Origin: an uncultured Gemmatimonadales bacterium
Lineage (GTDB): Bacteria; Gemmatimonadota; Gemmatimonadetes; Gemmatimonadales; GWC2-71-9
NCBI GenBank assembly: GCA_963821525.1
Contig: CAWGED010000019.1
Span: 960,001 to 1,024,000, forward strand
DNA length: 64,000 nucleotides
Reading direction: 5' to 3'
Shown here: positions 44,639 through 54,193 of the stretch, piece after piece
Layout of the letters: each line of letters begins with the position of its first letter
Numbering within the stretch: the first letter of the stretch is position 1
The notes under the pieces: generated by a model
Told to the model about the DNA's origin: nothing
Seen by the model: the letters and a program-made list of their open reading frames with translations, nothing else
The model's database searches: none
Program-made: the position numbers and the translations under genes

Positions 44639-46159
44639 TTGCCGCTTGGCCGAGGGATTCGCCGCATCGCAACCGCCGCCGCGCTGCTTAGCGCCGGGGC
44701 GTTTGTTGTGCCGGCCCACGGCCAGGAGATCGCAGAGGGCCTTCAGCTTCAGCTTCGACGCTGGTATCGCCAGGCTTCGCGTTCCGCGCCCGGTACCTGG
44801 GGCATCGCGGTAGCCGATCAGCAGGGCAACCTGCTCTGGAGTGTCAATCCAGATAAGGCCATGATCCCGGCTTCCACGGTCAAGCTCCTGACGACCGGAT
44901 TTGCCCGGACCATCCTGGGCGGTGATGCCCGGCGCTCGACCCGAGTGGTGGGACTGGGACGGGTGGACGAGGGCACCGGCGAGTGGATGGGCAAGTGGGC
45001 TCTCGAGCTGAATGGCGATCCGACACTGGAAAGTCCTTCGGGCGGTGGCCCCCGACTCGACGACCTCGCGGAGCAGCTCGCAGCCCAGGGCATCCGACGT
45101 CTCCGGGGCCCCATGGAAGTGGTGAGCGCGGATGGTCCTGCCGAAGCGCTCTATCCCTCTGCTTGGCGTGCGGCAAACCGGGGCAGCATCTACGCTCCGC
45201 TGGTCGGGTCGCTGACCCTGCACGAGAACGTCGTCTGGATTCACGTGAAGCCGGGGTCCAAGTCGGGCCGCCGCGCCGTACTGGTCGAGACGTCGCCGGC
45301 AGGCCTCGAGGCCCTGGTCGACGTCCACGCCAGCACCGTGGCCGGCTATCGCTCTCGGCTCTCGATCCGGCGCATGGCCGACGGGGGCTACCTGATCAAC
45401 GGTTCGATCGGGGTCAACGCGTCGGTTCGCCGGCTGGTCACTGTTGCGTCGGATCCCAAGGCTATTCTGGCCGCGGCGTGGGCCCGCGCACTCCAGGACG
45501 CGGGGATCGAATGGGACCGGAGCCCGAACCCGATTACGGTCGAGGGCGACGCAACCGACGTCCTTGCCGAAGTGACCTCGGCGACGTTCGACTCAATCGC
45601 ATCCGAAGTGAACCGCCGGAGTCTCAACATCGGTGCCGAGCTGTTGCTCCAGTGGGCAGGTGGCCGGGACCACGCGCCCGAGTTGCTCACTGAGCACGTG
45701 CAACAGGTGGCCGGCGTGGACGGCGGCGTGCACCTGGTGGACGGGAGCGGCATGTCCCACGAAGATCGGGTCACGCCGGCCACGTTCATCTACTACATGG
45801 CCAACTTCCTCTCGACCCCGGCGGGGCGGAACTTCCCCTACCTGTTGCCGGCGAATGGCGAAGGCACGCTGACGAGGCTCGCGGGCGGGCTGCCTGCCGC
45901 TGGCGTCGTCCACGCCAAGACCGGTACGCTGAGCGGTGTCTCCACTCTGGTTGGATATCTGGGACAGAAAGACGGGATGTATCTCGTCTCCCTGATGTAC
46001 AACGGCCCCCGTTCCAAGACCGCGAAGCGCCAGCAGTGGCAGGCGTTCCGGCTCCTCGGCGCGAATGGCGTAACCATCCCCTCGGAAGTCAACGACGAGC
46101 CGGATCAGGACACGCCGGGCGCCGCTGCAGATGAAATTGGGGGAGAGCCGGAGAACTGA
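44639..46159 (+). CDS. dacB: D-Ala-D-Ala carboxypeptidase/endopeptidase PBP4 (peptidase S13); start uncertain
   Basis: SxxK (PASTVK), GDPTL, SxN (SLN), DGSGMS, KTGT. Confidence 0.88.
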   Translation: MPLGRGIRRIATAAALLSAGAFVVPAHGQEIAEGLQLQLRRWYRQASRSAPGTWGIAVADQQGNLLWSVNPDKAMIPASTVKLLTTGFARTILGGDARRSTRVVGLGRVDEGTGEWMGKWALELNGDPTLESPSGGGPRLDDLAEQLAAQGIRRLRGPMEVVSADGPAEALYPSAWRAANRGSIYAPLVGSLTLHENVVWIHVKPGSKSGRRAVLVETSPAGLEALVDVHASTVAGYRSRLSIRRMADGGYLINGSIGVNASVRRLVTVASDPKAILAAAWARALQDAGIEWDRSPNPITVEGDATDVLAEVTSATFDSIASEVNRRSLNIGAELLLQWAGGRDHAPELLTEHVQQVAGVDGGVHLVDGSGMSHEDRVTPATFIYYMANFLSTPAGRNFPYLLPANGEGTLTRLAGGLPAAGVVHAKTGTLSGVSTLVGYLGQKDGMYLVSLMYNGPRSKTAKRQQWQAFRLLGANGVTIPSEVNDEPDQDTPGAAADEIGGEPEN

Positions 46160-46161
46160 GC

Positions 46162-47268
46162 CTACCGGATTAGCAGACCCGCCAAAGCCGCAGCGAGCAT
46201 GATCAGTGGATCGGGGACTTTTCTGATCCAGACCGCAGTAGCCAACGCCGCAAGAGCAATTACCACCGTCGGAACATCAATCAGAGCGCCGCGAGCCAGC
46301 ACCACGACCGATCCCGCAATCGCGCCGGTCGCCGCGGCGGTTATGCCCGCGACGAAGGCGGCGAGGGCCGGTCGCTTGGCGTACTTCTGGAAATAGGGCG
46401 CGGGAAGAACGGTCAGCAGAAAACAGGGGAGAAATGTGGCCCCGGCTGCGACCACGGCGCCGGCAAACCCGGCCACGAGGTACCCGATGAATCCGGTGGT
46501 GATCACTACCGGGCCAGGCGTTATGAAAGCAACCGCGACCGCATCGATGAACTGCTGCTCTGTGAGCCAGCCGTGCTGGAGGACTACTCCGCCGTGGAGG
46601 AAGGGCACGATTGCGAGGCCGCTGCCAAAAACGAACGAACCGGCGTAGGCGAAGAAGGCCGCGATCTGCAGGAGGAGCCCCGCCTCGGCGGCTGTGCCCG
46701 TTCTCCGCAGCCAGGCCGGCGGGACTCGCCAGAGCCAGGTAGCGAATCCTCCCAGCAGGATGAGAGCGACCAGCTCCCTGCCGGTTACAATCGTGGCAAC
46801 CGCCACCAGCAGGTAGATGCCCCAGAGCAAGATGTCCCGTCCGATTGTCTTGCGGGTGAGAACCCAGGCGCTGCGGCTGATCAGGCCAATCACCGCTGCG
46901 GCAACGCCGTAGAAAACGGCCTGCATCCAGGGCAAGCCTTGGTACAGGGTATAAGCCCATCCCAGTGCTAGAACCATGAGGAAGCTGGGAAGCACGAAGC
47001 TCAGCCCGGCCAGTGTGGCACCGGCTATTCCCCCCCGCACATACCCGATGTAGAAGCAGAGTTGTGCCGCGAGCGGTCCCGGAGAGAGCTGGGCCAGCGC
47101 GATCCCTTCCCGGTACTCCTCCTCGGAAATCCACCCGCGCTGTTCTACCAGGTCTCGATGCATGGCGCCGACCAGGGCAATCGGTCCGCCGAATCCCAGA
47201 GCGCCGAGGCGGAGGAAGTACCATCCGAGACCACGAGTGATCCCGGGCGCGGCTACGACCGCGCTCAT
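46162..47268 (-). CDS. chrA: Chromate ion transporter (long-chain CHR family)
   Basis: LGALGFGGP, AQLSPGPLA, second repeat FVFGSG...FITPGPV. Confidence 0.93.
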   Translation of the reverse strand: MSAVVAAPGITRGLGWYFLRLGALGFGGPIALVGAMHRDLVEQRGWISEEEYREGIALAQLSPGPLAAQLCFYIGYVRGGIAGATLAGLSFVLPSFLMVLALGWAYTLYQGLPWMQAVFYGVAAAVIGLISRSAWVLTRKTIGRDILLWGIYLLVAVATIVTGRELVALILLGGFATWLWRVPPAWLRRTGTAAEAGLLLQIAAFFAYAGSFVFGSGLAIVPFLHGGVVLQHGWLTEQQFIDAVAVAFITPGPVVITTGFIGYLVAGFAGAVVAAGATFLPCFLLTVLPAPYFQKYAKRPALAAFVAGITAAATGAIAGSVVVLARGALIDVPTVVIALAALATAVWIRKVPDPLIMLAAALAGLLIR

Positions 47269-48239
47269 GCGGCAAACTCGATACTTCGGCCCGCTCCCCC
47301 GGCGACTGCCCGCTGGTAAACCAGTGCGGCAGCCGCCACATCCTGCACCGCGACGCCGGTGCTGTCGAAGATGAAGACCTGATCCTCGCTGGTCCGGCCG
47401 GGCTTGCGGCCCGCCACCAGATCCGGCAATTCCGCGTAGACCTGGGAGACGGTCATGAATCCGCCCGCAACGGCATGGAAGAGATCACCGATCCGAACCG
47501 CTTGTTCGAGGAGATCGGGCACGACGAGGGCCTCAGCCATGAGGGCAGGGTCAACCTCGATCTTCTCGCCGTTGTCCGCCCCCACCGCAGCGACGAAGGT
47601 CCCGGCGTTGACATCTCCCTGACGAATCAGCGGCGTTTTGGATGGAGTACAGGTGATGCAGATCTGACTCACCGACAGGGCAGATCGCAGATCCGATACC
47701 GCGCTGATCTCGATACCGAGCTCGACCCCAAGCTCGCCAGCGAGCTTTTCAGCTCGCAGCGGCTCTAGATCGTAGGCGTAAACCCGCTCGAGCGGCCGAA
47801 CCAGGTTGAGCGCCCGGATCTGCGCCCGGCTTTGGGCGCCGCAACCGACGATGGTCGCGACTCGCGCGCCTTCCCTTGCCAGGAATCGCGCCGCAACTGC
47901 CGTGGCAGCAGCCGTACGCAGAGCGGTTATGGCGGTGGAGTCGAACACCCCGAGCGGCTCCCCCTGTTCTGCGTCGCACAGGATAACGAGCCCCTGAATC
48001 GTCGGTCGGCCCCGTGCCGGGTTGCCGGGGAAATTCGCGTTGAGCTTGCCGGCCATGTAGCCACCCATTCCCGCTGCCTTGAAGTGGAACCCCCCGCTTG
48101 AAGCATGCAGGGCGCTCACCACGGGCCCCAGGAGTTCTCCGCGAGCCATTGCGAGGAAGCTGCCCTGCACCGCCTCGATGCAGTCGGCGAGCGGAAGCAG
48201 CTGCTCGACCTCACTGCGGGAAAGCAGCAGCGTGCCCAT
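47265..48239 (-). CDS. Ornithine cyclodeaminase / mu-crystallin family protein
   Basis: ITALRTAAATAVAA, GCGAQS, AVGAD, FDSTGVAVQDVAAA; overlaps both neighbours. Confidence 0.9.
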   Translation of the reverse strand: MGTLLLSRSEVEQLLPLADCIEAVQGSFLAMARGELLGPVVSALHASSGGFHFKAAGMGGYMAGKLNANFPGNPARGRPTIQGLVILCDAEQGEPLGVFDSTAITALRTAAATAVAARFLAREGARVATIVGCGAQSRAQIRALNLVRPLERVYAYDLEPLRAEKLAGELGVELGIEISAVSDLRSALSVSQICITCTPSKTPLIRQGDVNAGTFVAAVGADNGEKIEVDPALMAEALVVPDLLEQAVRIGDLFHAVAGGFMTVSQVYAELPDLVAGRKPGRTSEDQVFIFDSTGVAVQDVAAAALVYQRAVAGGAGRSIEFAA

Positions 48240-48706
48240 CAGGCGGGCGCCGGGACGCGCTGCGGATTCCAGCTGTGAGTCTCACCTCTGACATAGCAGC
48301 ACCAGGAATACAGCGCGTCGTAGAGCACGAAGCCGTGACGCAGCTGCTCGTGGTCATCCCGGAAATTGTGGGACAGGCCGAGGGAGATCGCGAGAAGCCC
48401 AGCGCACTGCGGGGCGAGGTCGGGCCGTGCGGTATCGGCGCCGCGGACGATGACAGCCAGCTCGCCTAATGCTGGATCGTCCAGCCGGTATTTCTTGAGA
48501 AACGTGTCGAAGCTGCACAGCGGCCCGTCGTGACTCAGCTCAACGCCCTCGACGTCGTACGGCGTTGCAGCCTGCTTCTGCGCTTCCGCCAGCACTTCTC
48601 CCGGCGGCACGAAGATGAACTCGGGGGATGAATCGATGAATCGAGCGATGAGCCAGGGGCAGGCAATCCGGTCGATCTTGGGTCGTTCACGGGTGATCCA
48701 GCGCAT
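48239..48706 (-). CDS. ChrB C-terminal-domain protein (ChrF-like)
   Basis: MRWITRERPKIDRIACPWLIARFID, CSFDTFL, IVRGADT, YDALY. Confidence 0.9.
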   Translation of the reverse strand: MRWITRERPKIDRIACPWLIARFIDSSPEFIFVPPGEVLAEAQKQAATPYDVEGVELSHDGPLCSFDTFLKKYRLDDPALGELAVIVRGADTARPDLAPQCAGLLAISLGLSHNFRDDHEQLRHGFVLYDALYSWCCYVRGETHSWNPQRVPAPA

Positions 48707-48766
48707 GGGACCTCCTTGGGGCCGGCAGATTGTGGCCCCCGATGCCGAGGTGGTACATTTGTATCC

Positions 48767-49543
48767 ATGAATGATTCAGTTGAATCATCCCGTCCGCAAG
48801 GGCACCCCCACTGGCTGCTGCTCATACATCAACTGCCGCCCCGACCCCATTATCTGCGGGTGAAGGTGCGCCGCCGGCTGGCCCGGCTGGGAGCCCGGCC
48901 GCTCAAGAACACGGTGTATGCCCTGCCCTGGAGCGAAGAGGCGATCGAGGACTTCCAGTGGCTCAGACGAGAAATCGAGGCGGACGGAGGAGAAGCGGTG
49001 ATCTGCGAAGCGTCCCTCCTCGAGGGTCTGAGCGATGCCGCCCTGGACGGCCGGTTCCCAACGGGTCGCCAGGCAACGCGTCAACCGGCCGCGATCCGGG
49101 TCCGGCCCGACCTGTCGAAGGGCCGGGTCTGGGTCACCAGGAAGGACGTCCACGTCGATCGCATTGCCAGCGCCTGGCTAATCCAGCGGTTCATCGACCC
49201 CAAGGCCCGTTTCAAATTCGTCCCCCCGCAGGGCTACACACCTAGGAAGAACGAACTCCGCTTCGATATGTTCGAGGCGGAATTCACCCACGAGGGCGAT
49301 CACTGCAGCTTCGAAACCCTGGTCCATCGCTTCGGACTCAAGGATCCCGCCCTGCGTGCTCTGGGAGAAATGGTCCACGACATCGACTGTAAGGATAGGA
49401 AGTTCCGCCGCGCCGAAACGACAGGACTACAGCGCCTGATTCAGGGCATCGTGGCGGCGAACGGGAAGGATACCGCGCGATTGCGCCAGGGCACCGTCAT
49501 TCTGGATAGTTTCTACGACGCCTTCGCCTCGCGACGGAAGTGA
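48767..49543 (+). CDS. chrB: Chromate-responsive regulator ChrB
   Basis: N-terminal WLLLIHQLP...LRVKVRRRL; C-terminal WVTRKDVHVDRIASAWLIQRFID...FTHEGDHCSFE. Confidence 0.9.
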   Translation: MNDSVESSRPQGHPHWLLLIHQLPPRPHYLRVKVRRRLARLGARPLKNTVYALPWSEEAIEDFQWLRREIEADGGEAVICEASLLEGLSDAALDGRFPTGRQATRQPAAIRVRPDLSKGRVWVTRKDVHVDRIASAWLIQRFIDPKARFKFVPPQGYTPRKNELRFDMFEAEFTHEGDHCSFETLVHRFGLKDPALRALGEMVHDIDCKDRKFRRAETTGLQRLIQGIVAANGKDTARLRQGTVILDSFYDAFASRRK

Positions 49544-51762
49544 AGATCGTTTGCAGGTTCCTGCTGCTGCTCGCCCTGGTTTCCGGAGTGGTGCGACCGG
49601 TAGTGGCCCAGGTTGCCGGGGACGGGGCAACGCTGCGCGTCGAACGCGTTGTCTCGACTATCACGCTCGACGGCCACCTCGACGAACCTGACTGGCTTGC
49701 GAGCGATTCGATCACCGACTTCCGGCAGCAAGAGCCCGAGGAGGGTGCGCCCGCGAGCGAGCGGACGGTGCTTCGTGTCCTGCGTGACGACAAGGCTTTC
49801 TATTTCGGGATCCACGCCTACGACCGTGAGCCTTCCCGGATTCGGGCGCGTCAGATTCGCCGGGATGCAGACCTGGAGGATGATGACTTCGTCAAGATCC
49901 TGATCGACAGTTTCCACGACCGGCGGGGGGCCTTCGTCTTCGGGACCAATCCCAACGCGTTGATCTGGGATGCCCAGCTCGTCGGTTTCGAAGAGCCCAA
50001 TGTCGACTGGAATGGAATCTGGACGGTCGCGACCAGCCGGGATTCAGATGGCTGGACGGCGGAATTCCGAATACCGTTGCGCACGCTCCGGTTTCACGCT
50101 GGAAACGACGGCGTGTTCGGGTTCAATGTGGAGCGCTTTATCCGGCGACGGAACGAGACAACGTTTTGGCGATCCTGGGGGCGAACCCAGGGATTCTACA
50201 ATCTGATCGAGGCCGGTACGCTGACCGGGTTCGGCGAGGTGCATCGCGGACGAGATCTCGAGCTCCGGCCGTACCTGCTCGGGCAGGCCATCGCCACGGA
50301 ACGCGTCATCACCGGGACTGGCACCGACAGTGTGGTCGAGGCCAGCGACCGCGATGCCAAGGCAGGGGTGGATGCCAAGCTTGGCATTTCGCCGACCCTC
50401 ACGGCGGACCTCACGATCAACACGGACTTTGCGCAGGTCGAAGCGGACCGGCAGATCATCAACCTGACCCGCTTCCCGGTCTTCTTCCCCGAAAAGCGGG
50501 AGTTCTTCCTCGAATCCAGCGGCACCTTCGACTTTGCACGGCAGCCCATCCTGACGCCGTTTTACTCCCGGCAGATCGGCTTGAAGGACGGAGAACCTGT
50601 TCCAATTCTCGCGGGTGCGCGTCTTACCGGACGGGCCGGCCCATGGACTCTGGGCCTGCTTGCGGCTCGGACTGGCGGGGAGGATGATGCCAACGACGCC
50701 GTCTTCCGTCTCAAGCATGACTTTCTCGACCGCGCATACATCGGGGGCATCGCGACTCTCCGGACGGGCCCCGGCGTCTCCGGCACAGAGGCCAGCGGTG
50801 GCCTCGACATCGACCTCCCCCTGGTGGTGCACGGTCAGAACGTCGAGCCATCATTCTGGATCACCGGCACCAGTACTCCAGGAATCCCCGGCGTGCCATT
50901 GGCCTGGCGTGCAGCTACAGATTACCCCAACGACCTCTTCGACATCTTCGCCTCGTTGTGGCGCGTGCAGGCGGGATACACACCAACCCTGGGATTCGTT
51001 CGTCGCACCGGTATCAAAGAAACGACCGGGCACATCGACTTCACGCCCAGGCCAGGGGTCCTCGGCATTCGCCAGCTCGATTTCGCAGTTCCGGACTGGG
51101 ACATCATCGCCAACGAACAGGGCAGCCTCACCCGAAGCAGCGACTGGCAGACGGCTGAAATCGAATTGCGCCCGCTCGGGGTGCTCTTTCAGTCCGGCGA
51201 CCAGTTCGAAATCAATATTCAGCGATTTCTCGACGCGCCGACCGATTCGTTCGACATCTTTCCCGGCGTCATGATTCCCCCGGGGCGTTACTGGTACACC
51301 CGCGGCGAGGTGAACTTCTCGACCTCTCGCGGGCGCCCGTTAAACCTGGATGCTCTCTACAGCTGGGGAGATTTCTACACCGGTACCAACCAGGAGCTGA
51401 GCTTCGACGCCACCTGGCGCTTTGGCGGCCACCTGATCCTCGGCGCAGACCTGACTCGCGACGCGGTCCGGTTGCCCGAGGGCGATTTCAAGGCGATCCA
51501 GACGGGAGGACGGGCCCAGTACGCATTCAATCCCCAGACCGATCTCCTGCTCTTTGTGCAGCACAACAACGAGGACCAGCGGGTGGATTTCCAACTGCGC
51601 TTCCACTGGATTCCGACTATCGGCGACGATTTCTACGTGGTCTGGACCTCCGGCTACACCACCGATCCGGCAGCCGAGCATCACTTCCCCGATAGCCAGG
51701 CGCTGCGCGATCCGCTCAGCGGATCATTCACCATCAAGGCGGTTCACCGCCTGGAGTTATAA
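49540..51762 (+). CDS. Exported CBM9/DOMON-like + DUF5916 putative outer-membrane protein
   Basis: Signal peptide, ITLDGHLDEPDW, GWTAEFRIP, NTDFAQVEAD...NLTRFPVFFPEKREFFLE, beta-strand-rich C-terminus. Confidence 0.8.
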   Translation: MKIVCRFLLLLALVSGVVRPVVAQVAGDGATLRVERVVSTITLDGHLDEPDWLASDSITDFRQQEPEEGAPASERTVLRVLRDDKAFYFGIHAYDREPSRIRARQIRRDADLEDDDFVKILIDSFHDRRGAFVFGTNPNALIWDAQLVGFEEPNVDWNGIWTVATSRDSDGWTAEFRIPLRTLRFHAGNDGVFGFNVERFIRRRNETTFWRSWGRTQGFYNLIEAGTLTGFGEVHRGRDLELRPYLLGQAIATERVITGTGTDSVVEASDRDAKAGVDAKLGISPTLTADLTINTDFAQVEADRQIINLTRFPVFFPEKREFFLESSGTFDFARQPILTPFYSRQIGLKDGEPVPILAGARLTGRAGPWTLGLLAARTGGEDDANDAVFRLKHDFLDRAYIGGIATLRTGPGVSGTEASGGLDIDLPLVVHGQNVEPSFWITGTSTPGIPGVPLAWRAATDYPNDLFDIFASLWRVQAGYTPTLGFVRRTGIKETTGHIDFTPRPGVLGIRQLDFAVPDWDIIANEQGSLTRSSDWQTAEIELRPLGVLFQSGDQFEINIQRFLDAPTDSFDIFPGVMIPPGRYWYTRGEVNFSTSRGRPLNLDALYSWGDFYTGTNQELSFDATWRFGGHLILGADLTRDAVRLPEGDFKAIQTGGRAQYAFNPQTDLLLFVQHNNEDQRVDFQLRFHWIPTIGDDFYVVWTSGYTTDPAAEHHFPDSQALRDPLSGSFTIKAVHRLEL

Positions 51763-51764
51763 CA

Positions 51765-52649
51765 ATGCATTCAGCTCGACACTTTCTCGCCGTCCTGGCC
51801 CTCTGCGCGCTCGCGACGATTCCCTTGCAGGGTCAAACCCCGGATTCGGTCCGGTGGACGACTCTCGGCGCCGTCCTTGGCGCAAAGGCGGTAGCTCAGC
51901 CAGGAGTGCACCGGTTCAATTTTCCTCGCAGCGATCTGACCGTCAGGATGGGCGACGTCACGATCGCACCGGCTCTGGCCCTGACATCCTGGGCGGCATT
52001 TACCGATGACACGAGCTCAACCACAGTCATGGGAGATCTGGTTGTCATCGCTCCGGAACTCCCTGCCCTGCTGGCGGCACTAGCTTCGGCCGGGATCGCT
52101 GTTACGGCAGTGCACAACCATCTGGTAGGTGAAGATCCCCGGGTGATGTACGTGCACTATCACGGGCATGGCGCGAGCAAGGAGCTGGCCGCTGGGCTGG
52201 CACACGCCCTCGCCGTTACGGCCACACCACGGCCTGCAGCGGCGCGCCCGTCCATGCCAGTAACGATCGATACCGCCCGAATCCATGCCGCACTGCAGAG
52301 CGAACCGAAGGGCAACGGTACGATCGCCTCCGTCGGAATGCCGCTGTTGAAATCGGAAATTGTGATGGACGGTCGGGTGGTTCCGGTGACCTTCGGACTC
52401 ACCAGCCCGATCAACTTCCAGCAGGTGAGCGAGCAGCGCTGGCTGGCAACCGGGGACTTCGCGGTGACCAGTGCGCAGGTTCAGCCCATCGTGAGAGCGC
52501 TCATCGAGGCGGGAATTACCCCCACGGCGATTCACAGCCACCTGCTTGGGGAAACGCCCACGGTGTATTTCATCCACTTCTGGGCCGACGGAACTCCGAC
52601 GAAAGTCCTGAGCGGACTGAGTGCCGCGGTGACGGCCGCCGGACGGTAA
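51765..52649 (+). CDS. DUF1259 (LppY/LpqO-like) exported protein with duplicated His motifs
   Basis: Two repeats GD...TAVHNHL...YVHY and GD...TAIHSHL...FIHFW. Confidence 0.85.
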   Translation: MHSARHFLAVLALCALATIPLQGQTPDSVRWTTLGAVLGAKAVAQPGVHRFNFPRSDLTVRMGDVTIAPALALTSWAAFTDDTSSTTVMGDLVVIAPELPALLAALASAGIAVTAVHNHLVGEDPRVMYVHYHGHGASKELAAGLAHALAVTATPRPAAARPSMPVTIDTARIHAALQSEPKGNGTIASVGMPLLKSEIVMDGRVVPVTFGLTSPINFQQVSEQRWLATGDFAVTSAQVQPIVRALIEAGITPTAIHSHLLGETPTVYFIHFWADGTPTKVLSGLSAAVTAAGR

Positions 52650-52653
52650 CGAC

Positions 52654-53388
52654 TCACAGCATCAGGTGAGCGAGCTCCTTTCCCTCCGGCGCAGCTGAAG
52701 AGGATCCCATCGGCTCCAGCGTCAGCGCCGCTCCCATCACCTGTCCGCCGCTCGGCGGCATCGGCAGGGTGAGAAACGCCGGGGTGCGTTCCCCGGTCTT
52801 CACCTCGACGCCACGAACCATTCCGGTTTCGGTGATGAACCAGAACTGGCACATCTGTCCCGGTTGCGGCGCGGGAAGGCCGTAGACCACGACATTCCAG
52901 CGGTGGGTGCGCTCATCGGCAAAGATGACCATGCCACCCTCCTGCGCTCCCATGCGGATGCTGGCGTGCCGGACCAGGCTGGCCGTGCGCATGATCTCCA
53001 GAGTGTCGCGCGCCATCTCGAGCTGATGGGAGAGGTTAGCCCTGGCCTCCTCGGTAGTTCGCTCTGCGGACCGAACCCGCGATGTGGCCCAAGTCCAGGC
53101 GCCGACAGCGAGAACCAGCGAGGCGGCCGCCGCCAGAAGGGGGGCAAAGCTCCTCCGAGGCCTGATACCTAGCGCGGACTCGACCAGGCGTCGCTTCAGC
53201 TCCGGCCGCGGCGTCACCGGCGTGGTCCCCAGCGGAAGCCAGGCCAGTTCCTGTTCGATCTGGTGAATCGCCTCGCGGCAATCCTCGCAACCCTCCAGGT
53301 GAGCGCGGAAGGTCGATTCCTCTTCCGCTTCCAGGCTTCGGACGACGAAGGATGTCCGATGCTCCACGAACCAATCATGCGCGCTCAT
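52654..53388 (-). CDS. Anti-sigma factor (zinc-finger + TM + RskA domain)
   Basis: HLEGCEDC (HxxxCxxC), TM, C-terminal QFWFI...AALTLEPMGSS..PEG. Confidence 0.88.
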   Translation of the reverse strand: MSAHDWFVEHRTSFVVRSLEAEEESTFRAHLEGCEDCREAIHQIEQELAWLPLGTTPVTPRPELKRRLVESALGIRPRRSFAPLLAAAASLVLAVGAWTWATSRVRSAERTTEEARANLSHQLEMARDTLEIMRTASLVRHASIRMGAQEGGMVIFADERTHRWNVVVYGLPAPQPGQMCQFWFITETGMVRGVEVKTGERTPAFLTLPMPPSGGQVMGAALTLEPMGSSSAAPEGKELAHLML

Positions 53389-54023
53389 ACGACCCAGTCT
53401 TTGATGGATGCCAGAGATACCCGCAGCTTATCGAACGCCAGACGCAGGCGCGTCTTGACTGTGCCCAGTGGAATGCCGAGCCGTGCGGCGATTTCGGAAT
53501 GCGTGAGACCTTCGAAATAGGCCAGCTGGACAACGGCGGCTTGTTCTTCGGTGAGCCCCCGAAGGGCCTGGTGAACCGATTCGTGGACGTGCCAGCCCGG
53601 CATCGCGGCTTCATTCGGCTCGACCGGCCGGGTCCAGCCCTCACCCGCCTCTCCAAACGCGCGGTAGCGCTCGATCTTCCCGACCTGACGCTTCCGCCGC
53701 CTTAGCCGGTCTATGGCCCGGTTTCTGGTGATGCGGAGGATCCAGGCCATCAACCCGCCTTCCGCGCCGTCGTACAGATCCACCCGGCGCCACACGATGT
53801 TGAAGGCTTCCTGAACGACTTCCTCCGCTTCGTCTCGATCACTGAGCATGCCGTAGGCAACGCCGAGCAGCCACGGGGTAGCGAGATCAACCAGCTCTAC
53901 GAGTGCCTGTTCGTCTCGCGCCAGCAGCCGATTGTAGAGGGAGGTCTCCTGCGCGCGGGAAAGCAACCCACGGCTGGGCTGTCCCGGATTGGGAGAACGA
54001 TCGGACGGGAATGAGCGCGGCAC
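53385..54023 (-). CDS. ECF RNA polymerase sigma factor (SigK-like)
   Basis: AEEVVQEAF, WILRITRNRAIDRLR, LAYFEGLTHSEIAARLGIPLGTVKTRLR. Confidence 0.93.
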   Translation of the reverse strand: MPRSFPSDRSPNPGQPSRGLLSRAQETSLYNRLLARDEQALVELVDLATPWLLGVAYGMLSDRDEAEEVVQEAFNIVWRRVDLYDGAEGGLMAWILRITRNRAIDRLRRRKRQVGKIERYRAFGEAGEGWTRPVEPNEAAMPGWHVHESVHQALRGLTEEQAAVVQLAYFEGLTHSEIAARLGIPLGTVKTRLRLAFDKLRVSLASIKDWVV

Positions 54024-54114
54024 CTGCGATGGCTGTCAGGTGGCGATGGCGGGACGAAACATCATGGCCTCCTCGGCACTGTAAGGTACACCAGATTGGG
54101 GCTGTACTCTTTCA

Positions 54115-54140
54115 CAACGCCGGGAGGCCGGGTTTGGTTC
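54115..54140 (-). promoter_or_regulatory. Candidate ECF-type (autoregulatory) promoter
   Basis: Minus strand GAACC-16 nt-CGTTG upstream of the sigma gene. Confidence 0.5.
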
Positions 54141-54155
54141 TAGCTTGCCACTTGC

Positions 54156-54185
54156 TTGACGCCCGGACGGACCGGCCGCTATAAA
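54156..54185 (+). promoter_or_regulatory. Sigma70-type promoter giving a probably leaderless transcript
   Basis: TTGACG-18 nt-TATAAA, 8 nt before ATG 54194, no SD. Confidence 0.6.
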
Positions 54186-54193
54186 TCGGCCCC

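Noticed and set aside
54036..54038. In-frame TGA as selenocysteine
   Set aside because: Lies in a non-catalytic N-terminal extension of a sigma factor, with no evident SECIS-like hairpin.
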